Shown piece after piece: positions 36,680-48,593 of a stretch of 64,000 bases of DNA. The notes under the pieces were generated by a model, which searched no databases, was not told where the DNA came from, and saw only the letters and a program-made list of their open reading frames with translations. This DNA is from Podarcis erhardii (taxonomy: Eukaryota): NCBI GenBank assembly GCA_964252035.1, contig OZ176202.1. One strand, 5' to 3'. How positions within the stretch are numbered: position 1 is the first letter of the stretch; the number at the start of each line of letters is the position of its first letter. The translations under genes were made by a program, and so were the position numbers.

Positions 36680-37026
36680 AAGTAAAAAACATGCCTATGA
36701 GCGAGTGGAGTTAGGGAATGTGCATATTCTGGATAGGATTGTATTCCCTCCAAAGATATGGGTATGCAGTCTGAGGATACTCCTTGATCCATTTTCATCA
36801 CTGGAAGCCCAAGCAACCTCTGTTTCTAATGAGTGCCTTTTGCCTGTTTCAGCCAGTGCACCAGCAATAACCATTGGCTACTAAAGCCTGGCCACAGTAC
36901 ATTAGCAACCTCAAGACTAGGCTACTGCAAATGAGTTTTGTGTGGGGTCGCCCTTAAGATTAGCTCAGAAGCTGCAATTGGTGCACAATGCAGTGGTTGA
37001 GTTGCTAAGTGGGCCATGCTATTGTG

Positions 37027-37277
37027 CATGGGTAGGCAAACCAAGGCCTGGGGGCCAGATCCGGCCCAATCACCTTCTAAATCCAGCCCGCGGATGGTCC
37101 GGGAACCAACATGTTTCTACAGGAGTAGAATGTGCAATTTTATTTAAAATGCATCTCTGGGTTATTTGTGGGGCATAGGAATTCATTCATATTTTTTTTC
37201 CAAAATATAGTCTGGCCTCCCACGAGGTCTGAGGGACAGCGGGCCGGCCCCCTGCTGAAAAAGTTTGCTGACCCCTG
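37027..37277. mobile_element. Non-autonomous hAT (Charlie-like) element
   Basis: Imperfect TIRs CATGGGTAGGCAAAC...GTTTGCTGACCCCTG and subterminal CCGGCCC motifs; TSD not preserved. Confidence 0.6.
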
Positions 37278-39325
37278 CAAGTATTGCACGTATATATGAC
37301 TCCTGCCTTTAAAAAAAATTGCATTAGCTGCCAAGCTAGTCTGAAAGGGCTTCATATGCCAGAGCTGTTGCAGGAGAAGTCCTCGCCACGACTCAAGGCG
37401 CTGTGAAACTAGGTATAGATTTACAAGGGGCTTTAGGCAGTTGTGCCTTGAACAGCAGTCCCATATGAGAAATCATGCATTTTAAAAAAAAAAATGGTGG
37501 GAGAGGGGAGAGAATTGGGACTTGTACTGTCCCTGTTAATTGCTGCTTGCTTGCTTGTCTCCCTCTCAATTTTAAAGCAGAATTTTTTGTTTAAAAGTTG
37601 GAATAAGCTGCTCTTGGGTGGAGGTGGGTAAACTTGCCACTCATTTCATACACAACTGTTTTCCCCTATGCTTCATCTTGGAAAGAAGACTTAAACATAT
37701 AAATAAATAGCCTTTGGAAGACAGGTTGGCAGGAGTAGCAGTTCAAAGCAGCTAGAGGGTAACATGTTGACAAATGCCGAAATAAGGCATGTTTATTTCC
37801 CCTTTTGCAGTAGACTTCCTCCTATGTATGCACTATGAGTGTTTCAGTATGGCATAGGAATCAGCTTTTCTGGAAAGGCAGACTCCTCTTGATCCCAGCC
37901 CAAGTATGTTACTTCCTTAATACAGGTTGTGGATTGCAAGAGCAGATCACAGTGTCCCAGTTCAGATACAACTGCCACAGAAGGACTTCCAAAAATGAGT
38001 AGTGTGTGCTAATGCAAGACTTAAGCAAAAGTCCCTGAGGTCTTGTGGCTTGTGGCTTTAGTTTTGCTCTTGTGGAAAGACATGGTAAAATGTAGAAGTG
38101 ACTATTCATTCTTTTTATCACATGAGCTAAGTCTTGTGAATGGAGATCCATTAGCCTGAGTTTCAAGCTTATTTTCAAGACTCCTGATTAAGCAAGATAA
38201 TAAGGAAGCGCTGTTTGGTGTCAATGTGTGGTTTCAACTCGATTATGAATTAGAAATTTGTTTCCTCTAAAGCAGAATAATATGTTCAAGCTTGTGCCAG
38301 TGTGCAAGTCTAGGGATTGGGGGTTCAAATCACAGGCTGCCAGAAGTTGATGGCTAACTAGAAAAACAGGAAAAGTTACAGAAAATAGCTGCAATGCTTG
38401 TGTCTACCAACTAACCTTTCCCCATTTGTTTTAAAAGAGTATGTCGTGAAGATAACTTTGTCCACTTTACAAAACGTATAAACAACATCACCAGAGTAAG
38501 AGGTAACAAACCAAACAAACAACCCCCCCAGAAAAAAAAGTTGCAAATTAAAATGGCTAAAAATGAAAAACACAGAAGCAGGATAAAATCCAGATTTAAA
38601 AGCAGCAGGATGGAATCACTTGGTATAAATTCTAGGCACTGACATGAAATCAGCTGGGTAAATAAAATAGTCTTGGCATGACAGTTGAGAGGAATGGTGC
38701 CAAGTGGGTCTCCGTATTCAATAATAATATCATGGAGGCCCAAATCTCCACTTGGCCATTAAGGCTTCTGGGTGCCCTTGACAAGTCATTTGTGGTGGTG
38801 GACTGGTGATAAGTGGACTGAAGATGGTGGGTTTCAGCCCCATGTTGGGCAAAAAGATTCCTGCATTGCAGGAGGTTAGACTAGATGGCCCGTGGCCCCA
38901 TGATGCACAACCACCCTAGGAAGAAGCACCTGTAGCAAAGAACTCAAACATGAGGTCTCCTGCTTCTCTGCAAGGAAGCTGGGAGGCAAGCACTTGCCGT
39001 GCAAAATAAGTTACTTCCAGTGCAAGGCTTGCCAGGACATTCGTAGAAGGGCACAGTCTTGACTGTGAGCAGAAGAATCACAAGCCTCCAACTGTAAATC
39101 TAAAATGAGAAGCAGAAGAGACTAGCAAAATTAGACTGGGATATGAGTTTTAAAGCTATGTCAAACGCTTCCCCAAGTCTGCTTAGATTAGGTAGCAGAA
39201 GGTGTTGAAAGGATACTGAGGTAGAAGGGATTTCCTTTCAGATATTATTAACAGCATAGTGTGCATGTCTCCGAGTCAAGTGGAGCTCTTAAGTTTAGTT
39301 TATGCAATTTCTTAGATGTCATTTC

Positions 39326-39504
39326 TTTTTTCTTTTTTTTTTTTGACATCTTTTTATTCATTTTCTATAACCAAATCACAAAAAAACAAAAACAAAAATA
39401 AACAACACAAACCAAAGAAAAAAGAAAACATCAACCAATACAAAACACATGAGCAAACCAGAAGACAAACATTAATTAACAACAAATTAATTAATTAATG
39501 TTTG
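39326..39504 (-). mobile_element. Very short L1-type 3' end insertion with a 16-bp TSD
   Basis: T-rich tail at 39326-39344; TCTTAGATGTCATTTC at 39310-39325 and 39505-39520. Confidence 0.8.
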
Positions 39505-39638
39505 TCTTAGATGTCATTTCCAAAACAAGACTCATGGCATTTCAGAGCAGTTAAAATGCACTAAAGTTCAAAACAGTGCAACCCCACCCCCATCCCAACA
39601 CACTAACACACCAGGGATAACATGAGTGGAGGCAGGTA

Positions 39639-39879
39639 CAGTGGTACCTCTAGTTATGAACTTAATTCATTCTGCAGGTCCGTTCTTAACCTGAAACTGT
39701 TCTTAACTAGAGGTGTGTTTTCGCTAATGGGGCCTCTTGCTGCCACTGCGCCGCTGACACACGATTTCCGTTCTCATCCTGGGGCAAAGTTCTCAACTCG
39801 AGGTAACTCTTCCAGGTTAGCGGAGTTTGTAACCTGAAGCATTTGTAACCTGAGGCGTTTGTAACTCGAGGTACCAATG
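39639..39879 (-). mobile_element. Same MITE family, copy C (more diverged)
   Basis: TA-CAGTGGTACCTC...GAGGTACCAATG-TA; same orientation as copy B. Confidence 0.85.
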
Positions 39880-40594
39880 TATGTATGAAATCAGCCCCTT
39901 GGATCACATTTTATGCAAATTCATGACTTGGTTGAATTAAGTTCCCTGGATTCATGTGTGTGGCTGAGAAAATGGTAGCCTGGAGAGAAGAACAAGCTGC
40001 ACATGACTCTGGCCCTGAAATTTCTCTGCTAAACACAAATAAGTCAAATAACTTACAGAATATTTTAGCAGTTAGTTCGAGTCTCTTAAAAGGAACCGGG
40101 AAGAAGCACGCACCAGAGGTTACAACACCTCCCTCTGTATAAATTGGGTCATTCCTCTAACTGTTTGTGTTACTTCAGAAGATGAATGGCCTTTAAAATT
40201 TCATAAGGCAGAAGAGATGATAGAAGTGTGGTATGGCAGGTCTGCCAGTTCAAGAGGTTTCAATGTGTTTAAAACCTGTGATAGTTGTTAGTTGTTGGCA
40301 GAGCAGAATAATGTGAGAGTATGTCCGGGTATGTTCAGCATGGGCTGTAAAGTGCCACACAGTATTGTGCAGAGATTTTAGACTGGCTTTGTAGCCTTGG
40401 CTGCTTTCCAGACAAACTTGTGGCAAGCAGATGGGAAAGGAGGGAAGAAATGAGAGAAGAAGGTGCTGTCACACCACTTGTTATGTTGTAACTGTTTCTC
40501 ATTGGGGCAGACTATCTTTCAGTTAGGGTCTGGCTCAAACAAGCAGGTACGTCATGGTGGATTATTATGATTATGATTATTATTCTTATTATTA

Positions 40595-40925
40595 CAGTGG
40601 TGCCCCGCAAGACGAATGCCTCGCAAGACGAAAAACCCGCTAGACGAAAGGGTTTTCCGTTTTTCAAGGTGCTTCGCAAGACGAATTTCCCTATGGGCTT
40701 GCTTCGCAAGACGAAAACGTCTTGCGAGTCTTGCGATTTTTTTCGCTTTCCCCCCCCTTTTTCTAAGCCGCTAATAGCCGCTTTGCCACTTTGCCGCTAA
40801 TAGCCGCTAAGCCGCTAATAGCACTAATCTGCTAAGCCGCTAATAGGGTTGCTTCGCAAGACGAAAAAACCGCAAGACGAAGAGACTCGCGGAACGGATT
40901 CTTTTCGTCTTGCGAGGCACCACTG
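40595..40925. mobile_element. Young CpG-rich Tc1/pogo MITE with iterated internal motifs, inserted in an L2 tail
   Basis: TA-CAGTGGTGCCCCGCAAGACGAA...TTCGTCTTGCGAGGCACCACTG-TA; six exact internal CGCAAGACGAA copies and four GCCGCTAATAG copies. Confidence 0.9.
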
Positions 40926-40927
40926 TA

Positions 40928-41360
40928 ATTGAATTGAATTTATATGCCGCCCTATACCTGAGGGTCTCAGGGCAGTTCACAGAATAAAATCAAGATATAA
41001 AACCCCAAAATACCTAATAAAAATAAAAACAACAACCCAATAGCCCCTCTCCCCCCAAAAACACCAAAATTTAAAATGGCATAGGATGTAAATCGGATCA
41101 ACCAAAGGCCTGGTTAAAAAGGAGTGTTTTTGCCTGGCGCCTAAACGTGTATAATGAAGGCACCAGGCGAACTTCCCTGGGGAGAGCATTCCACAGACGG
41201 GGAGCCACCTCAGAGAAGGCCTGTTCTCGTGCTGCCACCCTCCGGGCCTCTTGAGGAGGAGGCACACGAAGGAAGGCCTCAGAAGATGATCTCGGGGTCC
41301 GGGTATGTTCATATGGAAAGAGGCGGCCCTTGAGGTATTTCAGTCCTGAGCCGTTTAAAA
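40928..41360 (-). mobile_element. L2 LINE 3' end
   Basis: tttatatgccgccctatacctgagggtctcagggcagttcac terminus and ttccctggggagagcattccacagacggggagccac body; its microsatellite tail continues at about 40560-40594. Confidence 0.75.
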
Positions 41361-41810
41361 CAAAAGGAAATTGTACACTTTGCTTGTAGTCAGTGGTGAT
41401 CAGTTGGGGTTTTCAGTATGCAACTTGTTGCCATTTGTTTTTGCAAATATAGAAACCTCCATTCATTTCTCTGCACTTGGATTCTGTACACGGAGAACCA
41501 CTGAACAGGGCTGAAGTGTTCACACTGCATGAAGCATTGAAAACCCCTAAGACAAGGCAAGGTGACTGTTGAAACTGGTTTTGAGCAATCATCTCTTGAG
41601 AGCTGGCAAGGGCATTATGTCTTCCTTCTGTTAAAGGAAGTGAATTTTCAGTATCCAGAGCTGTTTTAATTTTAGGTCAACCTTTACCCTTAGGATGATG
41701 GGAGAAGCAATTAAAAATATATCTAAAACCAACTATAGCCTTTTAAAAAACATACAATGAAACATACATTTCAGGGGGCTAAAACTGGTTTGTGACTTCC
41801 TAACACACTT

Positions 41811-41811
<1 letters not shown>

Positions 41812-41900
<89 letters not shown>
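41812..41900. repeat. (TATACA)n hexanucleotide microsatellite, about 15 units
   Basis: Directly visible; explains the ICICIC ORF. Confidence 0.95.
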
Positions 41901-43720
41901 CCCCATCAAACATTGCTTGGTAGAAGCTCAACTTTACCATGTACCTGCAGCATGGGAAATGTTGAAGAAGTGCCCAAGATGTAAGCAGGATGTGGTTAAC
42001 CAAAACTTGTAAAAGAAGCATGAATGGTTTGGGGAAAGAATAATGAAGGTTCAGAAGGCAACAGTCACAGAAGAGAAGTGAGCTGACATGCATGGAATAG
42101 GCATTCAAGACTGAAGGGGTCTCGCCTTGGATGGGGATCTGTTTTTTACTTTTTCAGGTGCAGTAGCAGTAATATGATTCAGCAACTAGAAATAGTGGGC
42201 CAGTGGTAGGGAACATGTTGCCCTGGATGTTGTTGAACTCTGCTCCCATGAGCTCTAGCCAGCATGACAACGGTCAGGCCTGATAGGAAATAGCAATCCA
42301 GCAACAACTGGAGGGCCACAAGTCCACCACCACTGGAGTAGATGGGTGGTCTCATCCTACTTACAAGTCAAACCCTACTAATCCTATTGTGCGCAAGCTA
42401 AAGAAACTTTGAGATCCTGACTTTTCAGTTCTGTGCTGTGCTTGGCAGAATACCATGTTAAAGGGTTTCTGTCATGTTAAACTTCAAAACTTTTGCCCAG
42501 TTCCGAACACCTACAATCTAACAAGGATAAGGGTAAGTTCTTGTTACTATAAATTTTGACAGAATTTTCCTGCACCCTCACCAGTACCTCATTGACTTGT
42601 ATAAATATCCCTGTTTTCATCCAATTACTGGTCGAAGATGCTAGTTTTATTACCATTGTCCTAGGATTAATTCATGGTAAGTAAGAGCAGATATGGTAGA
42701 CGTTCTGAAGACTAATTAGGCTTGCACAATGCTGGTGCATGTGCAGAGTTCCAGTTAAAATAAGTTTCTTGGTAACAGTACTTGCTGCTGGAGTTCATGC
42801 CCACATGAGTAGTGTTTTAACAGGCACTGTGTGCAATAACTAACTTTGTGAATTGGGAATTCCACTTTTCTCAAACTTCATGTTGCAGAGAATACCAAAG
42901 GATTCATGGGGCAAGATGTTTTGTGTGTTTGCCCTTGACTTGATCTAGGGATGGATTAAGGTATATTCTAGAACTGGTGTCAGCTTCACTTTAGCTGATG
43001 GACCTAGTTTTAGCAGACTACAGAATGCTGTGTTGTAGCCAGGTATGTGTGACTTCATGGGAAGTTGAAAATTGCACTGATTTTCTGGTGCTGGATCCAT
43101 CATCTTCAAATGTTTGATCCTAGCACCTGAAGTATAGTATTATAATGAGTTTAGTGAGAGGCTTTTATGTCATTAACTTGGCTGGTTAATATTACAACAG
43201 TGCCTACATGAACAAATTACAAGATAAAATGTAGAATAATGATCCAATTTTTCATTACTGTGCTGACCCCAGTACCATAGAAACAGCCTCCCCGTGCCCT
43301 GTTTAATTCTATTGCAATTTTTAAGATCAGCATGCATAATCCTCTTTTTGACTGTGTGCTTTGTCTCTACAAAAGATAAAAGCCTTCCATGCAAGTTATC
43401 CAAGATAACTTGGATAGTTTATAATTATACAGGTTTTTACAAACTTGGCATATGTGGTCAGAAGGGGTGAAAGGGAGGACTGGTTGATATAGCGTCTTGC
43501 ATTGTTGCAAAAATCAGTTGATGTGGGGAGGAGGGGAAGAAAAACCTTGCATTATAGGAAGTCTTGTGGAGCCCATAACCCAAAATTGCTGGGGCTACTG
43601 CCTCCCTAAATCGACTCAGTCAAAGCAATTCTCTGGCAGTGGAAGAAAGGTGTGTTCTAAGTCCTAGCCCAATGTCTTGGTTAAGCAGCCTTCTCTCAAC
43701 AGGCCAAAAGCCAATTAAAT

Positions 43721-43757
<37 letters not shown>

Positions 43758-46034
43758 TAAGTGGTGCTGTAAGAATTCTAAACATAGTAGCCATGTTAGC
43801 AGAACTGTTCTTTAAAACACACATGCAATAGTTGTTCATAGTACTACCCATGAAAAGTTGGTTTGTGTGGGCTGGCCATCCTATCATGTGACAATGTTGG
43901 CCCGAAAACAAGAAGCAGAACTAGATGGACCATTGCCCTGATCCAGCAGGCTCTTCTTATGTTCTTAAATGATAGAGTTTCATATTGTGCCATAATCAGG
44001 AGTCTGAGCTGTTCATGGTATGTCAGCTAATTCAGATGCCATCTCTGTCTACCAACAACTTGCCCAACCTTTCTGTCAACATCTTCTGGCCTAACTGTGA
44101 GCTATTAATGTTTTAACTGAAGTCCCTGGCACAAATTTATTTGATAATTTTGTGGTGAAGTGGTTAAACTCTGGAAGGGAAGTCCTTGGGCAGGGTGGGT
44201 GAGTGTTGCAGTGGGTGAAACCAGCAGCATGTGGTTTTGATTGATTGATTCGGAATTGATTGATTGATCCGGAATAAAATACCTTCTTCAGTTTGCAACA
44301 TGACCACCTCTGATTACAGTTCCCAGTACCATACAGATTTCATTGGAAGTAAGCCCGATTTGTTTTCGTAGGACCCCCTCAAAAAGTCTACAGAGGGTTT
44401 TGTACAACATTCCAATACAGCTACTGTTCTGGAGGTTAAGTTAAAGTCATTCCTTTCTGACTTTAGTGTGCTATATACAAATGCACACACCGACATATAT
44501 AATCATAGTAAGCAGTTAAGTGGCAGAAGACTAACAATTGTTCCCAGACAGCCAGGAGCAAAGGAACGTGCCTTTTCCCTAACCAATACATCCAGGATTA
44601 AAAAAGAAAAAAACCCTGTTAACTTTTATTCTCTTCCTTTCTATGTGAAATGTGGGAGGATGCAGTTAGGAAGTCAGGAAAAACTTAAGAAGAAACAGGA
44701 AGGGAGGAACTCTGGCATGGAAGAACAGGGTAGCTTCAGAAGGTTGCAGAGGACATACAAAATGATGTCAAGGACTTTAGGTTGGCCACCTTGGCATGTG
44801 CTCTAGTGGGATCTTTAAAAACTTGCTCCTCCTTTCTACCTTGCTTGTACACAGGGTCTTTAGGCAGATGACCTCCAGCACTTGACAAGGGATCTCAATC
44901 TCCTGTTCATCGAAAGACGTCCTAGCATTCTTAGTACTCACTCAATGCTTGACCGTTAAGCAACTAGAATTCTTTTAACGTTATTATCAATGTGTAAATG
45001 TTAGTTTAATCCCTTGGAAATAGGGTACATGAATTTTGCAATAAAACGTGCACACCTTCAGCCATGAATGATGGCTTTTGCTTGAACGACTAATCCACTG
45101 TTAAGCTGAGTAAAGCTATTGCTGTGGGGATTAGCTTGAAGGTACATGTGGCCAGGGTGTGTCTGTGTCTCAAGCCTACTTTGCAACAACAAGGGATTGG
45201 GCCAAAGGTTATCTGAAACAAGAATGGGTCCACCAACATCTCAGGACACGCACACACCCCTGTGCAGACATCCTAGGCTCTAGGAACATAGGAAATGTCT
45301 TGCATACAAGCAGAAGAGCTTGCTCATCAGGCCAATGGCTCATCTAGTCCAGCATCCTGTTCTCACAGTGGCCAACTACATTTATATTTAAAGCCTGAAA
45401 ACAGAACCTGAGTGCAACAGCACTCCCCACTTGCAATTCCCAGAGTCAAACCACTGGTCTGTCTAGCTCAGTATTGCCTACACTGATAGGCAGCCACTCT
45501 CCAGGGTTTCAGACAGTGGAAATTCCCAGATCTATATGGAGATGCTGATGACTGAACGCGACACTTTCTGCATGCAAAGCACCAACTTATGGCACTTCCT
45601 CCAGGCTCTAGTGCATGTCTGTGATGTCCTCTACATATCCCAGACTTCTGCAGGACTCTGTTCACCATAGATGGACACTGTGTTCAGGACCCTGTACAAA
45701 TCGTATTCTTCACTCTTCCAGTTGACCCTTCCAGAGTGCCTGATCTGGCCAATGGTGTTTGGCCAGATCAATTGTTTACTGTTGGATTCCCTAAATTCTG
45801 TTGGATTCCCTAAATTCTCAAAGTCTTGTGCAGGCAGGCTTCATTATTTCACTCATCTCTAGCTCTTCTGAGTGCTAGCTCAATTGGACATACATTTTGC
45901 CATATTCACATGATTGGCTGCCAGCTGCCACATAACCTGATTATCAGTATTGAACAACCCCTTTTTGCTTTGGCTACTTTAAGAAAACAGTGCCTAGTGC
46001 TTCCCTTCGTAACATTTGCCCCCTTGTCTTTCAG

Positions 46035-46312
46035 GTCAAGAACGTTTTGGCAACATGACCAGAGTGTACTATAAAGAAGCTGTCGGTGCTTTTGTAGTAT
46101 TTGATGTCACAAGAGGCTCAACATTTGAGGCAGTTTCCAAGTGGAAACATGACTTGGACAGCAAAGTGCTTCTCCCAAATGGCAGCCCAATCCCTGCAGT
46201 TCTAATTGCCAACAAATGTGACCAAAAGAAAGACAGTGGCCAAAATCCTTCTCAGATGGACCAGTTCTGCAAAGAAGGTGGTTTTGCTGGGTGGTTTGAA
46301 ACCTCTGCAAAG
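46035..46312 (+). CDS. RAB32: Rab-32 coding exon 2
   Basis: Acceptor ttgtctttcAG; (G)QERFGNMTRVYYKEAVGAFVVFD...ANKCDQ...WFETSAK; donor AAG|GTAAGA; 278 nt, phase 1 to phase 0, consistent with exons 1 and 3. Confidence 0.97.
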
Positions 46313-46731
46313 GTAAGAATATTCTTAAACCAGGGTAAGCTTTAAAGTTTATGTGTACATATGTGAAAAACAAAAGCTGTGCAAAGGCACACTTACAAAT
46401 TGAATCACAAAAGTTTCTGGCCTAAATAAATGTTTGTTATCTGATTTCTTTCATATATCTGTCTGATTTTGTCTCAGATACAGTTTTGGGGAACAGCTAT
46501 TATTATTATTATTATTAGTAGTAGTAGTAGTAGTAGTATGATTACTTTCTTGTGACAAATTCTGTTACAAAAGAGAAAATTCAAATACAGCTCTAAAATA
46601 TGACATAATAAATTTGAAAAAATTGTCGCACAATGTGTATTCACCATCGCCCTTACCACGGAAGTCAATCTGTGTTTGATCATGTTAGAAGCCAAATGTC
46701 CAAGAGCTTATTGCCTATCCTTTCTTAATTT

Positions 46732-46977
46732 TGATGTGGTTTGGATTTGGATTTGATATCCCGCTTTATCACTACCCGAAGGAGTCTCCAAGCGGCTAAC
46801 ATTCTCCTTTCCCTTCCTCCCCCACAACAAACACTCTGTGAGGTGAGTGGGGCTGAGAGACTTCAAAGAAGTGTGACCAGCCCAAGGTCACCCAGCAGCT
46901 GCATGTGGAGGAGTGGGGAAGCGAACCCGGTTCCCCAGATTACGAGTCTACCGCTCTTAACCACTACACCACACTGG
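46732..46977 (-). mobile_element. tRNA-derived SINE (Squam3-like) with a 10-bp TSD
   Basis: Minus-strand A box TGGTGTAGTGG, B box GGTTCGCTTCC and L2-like tail; TTCTTAATTT at 46722-46731 and 46978-46987. Family name from recall. Confidence 0.8.
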
Positions 46978-48443
46978 TTCTTAATTTAGTGTAAATAAAT
47001 CTTCTTGCCATGTAATTATGTGGTATATGATACTTATTTGTTTTAGTCATATGGACGGTGAAGCATTAAAATCCAGGAAATGAAACTTTAGACCAAACTT
47101 TATAGTTAATGGCTGTGCTTTTGATCTAAAGAGCACATCGCCTGAAACAGTAACGGCTTCTAGAAAGCTCAGACACATGTGACTCTTAAAAGAAATGCAA
47201 CCCCACTGCTTCTTGCTTTGAGCAAACATTTGAATAACTAGAATCACAACCCATTTCTCATGATAAATGTGTAAGGAAGCATAGCTCATTGGCAGAACAT
47301 TTGACTATAAGTTCCAGTTCAGTTCTGGGTGTTCACTCAATAGTGGTTCTTGAAAGGAAGACGTGTAGCTCAGTAACTACTGTAAGTATATCGTTGATGT
47401 TCTAAGGGACCCCAAGTTCTAAGTTTCATGTATCTCTGCTTTAAATGGCTTGAGGTAGAACAGCTGATGCTGCCACACATAGCTGTCTAATTGGGGCAAA
47501 ATTGCAGATGGGAGCTAGTATAATTTCATCCTTCTGAAAATCACGCATTCAGGTGCAGATGTTGTCCACTTTTGATAAGGAATGGGCATTCAGGTCTAAA
47601 TAGGCACCCACATTCTGCCCCAACTACTTAATTGAACCACACATATGTAGATGCAGAGAAATCTTGCCCCATAGCAATGGTGGGCAATGGAACTGCTTGT
47701 ACAGCAAGATAGAGAGATGTGAATAAGGCACTAGGAAGTAATCTTGATTGATGTGAAATCTCAACATGTTCACTGTCTGATCCCTGCTTAGCTAGGCTCA
47801 TGCAGGGGAGAAGCAAGCTCTGAAAATGGTAGCGATGCAGCTGCAGGAGTGTATTTGTGCTGCCAAAGCAGGCCCCCCACCTAAAAGACAGGAAACTAAA
47901 TTAAAAGCTTTTTAATGCAGCAGCTTCCATCCACCTGAAGATCATTTTTCTGTGTAGAAAATGAAATTCAACAGGGCACTGGTTTTGCACTGGCCTTAGA
48001 AAGGTAAAGTTGCAGACTTTAACCTTAAACCAATTGCATGGAAGCTGAAATAACAGTCATGAAGTGCTTTGCTTGTAAACTTTAGTTCTGAGCAGTTTTC
48101 CTAAATGGTTTGAATCATTGTATCGAAACACCTTTTACACAGCAAGTCTTCAACTTACGCATGGGTTACGTTCAGGGATCGTACCTACAGCCAAAATAGT
48201 GTATTGTCAAAACCCATTGAGTGCATTGGTGGATGGGATTGCTGAAGTCTTTTTTTCCTAGAAGCCCACCCCCTTTTTGCCCCCTTTTAATTTTTTTTTT
48301 AGAAAAGATTTGCCGAGCACATAAAGCTGAATGTGCATTAAGTTGTGGGGTTGTTGTACAAGGCTTGCATGCTGAAGAGGTGGCGTTCTTAGATTCTTCT
48401 ACACACGAAAGCATTAACTTATCTCCTATGGTTTCCTCCACAG

Positions 48444-48593
48444 GATAATATCAACATAGATGAAGCTGCTCGGTTCTTGGTAGAAAACATCCTTGCAAAT
48501 CTCAAAGCCTTTCCTAGTGAAGAGAATGATGTCGGGAGACTAAAACTGGAACCGGGTCCTCTGACAGCAGAAAGCAAACCTCAGTGCTGTTAG
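48444..48593 (+). CDS. RAB32: Rab-32 coding exon 3
   Basis: Acceptor tttcctccacAG; DNINIDEAARFLVENILANLKAFPSEENDVGRLKLEPGPLTAESKPQCC*; terminal CC geranylgeranylation motif; TAG at 48591-48593. Confidence 0.96.
   Translation, partial: DNINIDEAARFLVENILANLKAFPSEENDVGRLKLEPGPLTAESKPQCC

Noticed and set aside
40595-40925. CRISPR-like appearance of the repeated CGCAAGACGAA motif
   Set aside because: Repeats are 11 bp with irregular spacing, inside TA-flanked TIRs in a vertebrate genome; this is a MITE.
42855-42863. GGGAATTCC NF-kB-like site in RAB32 intron 1
   Set aside because: An isolated 9-mer expected by chance in a window this size.
44842-45054. Possible further solo LTR (TG...AATAAA...CA)
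   Set aside because: No exact TSD, no clear TATA and no second copy in the window.
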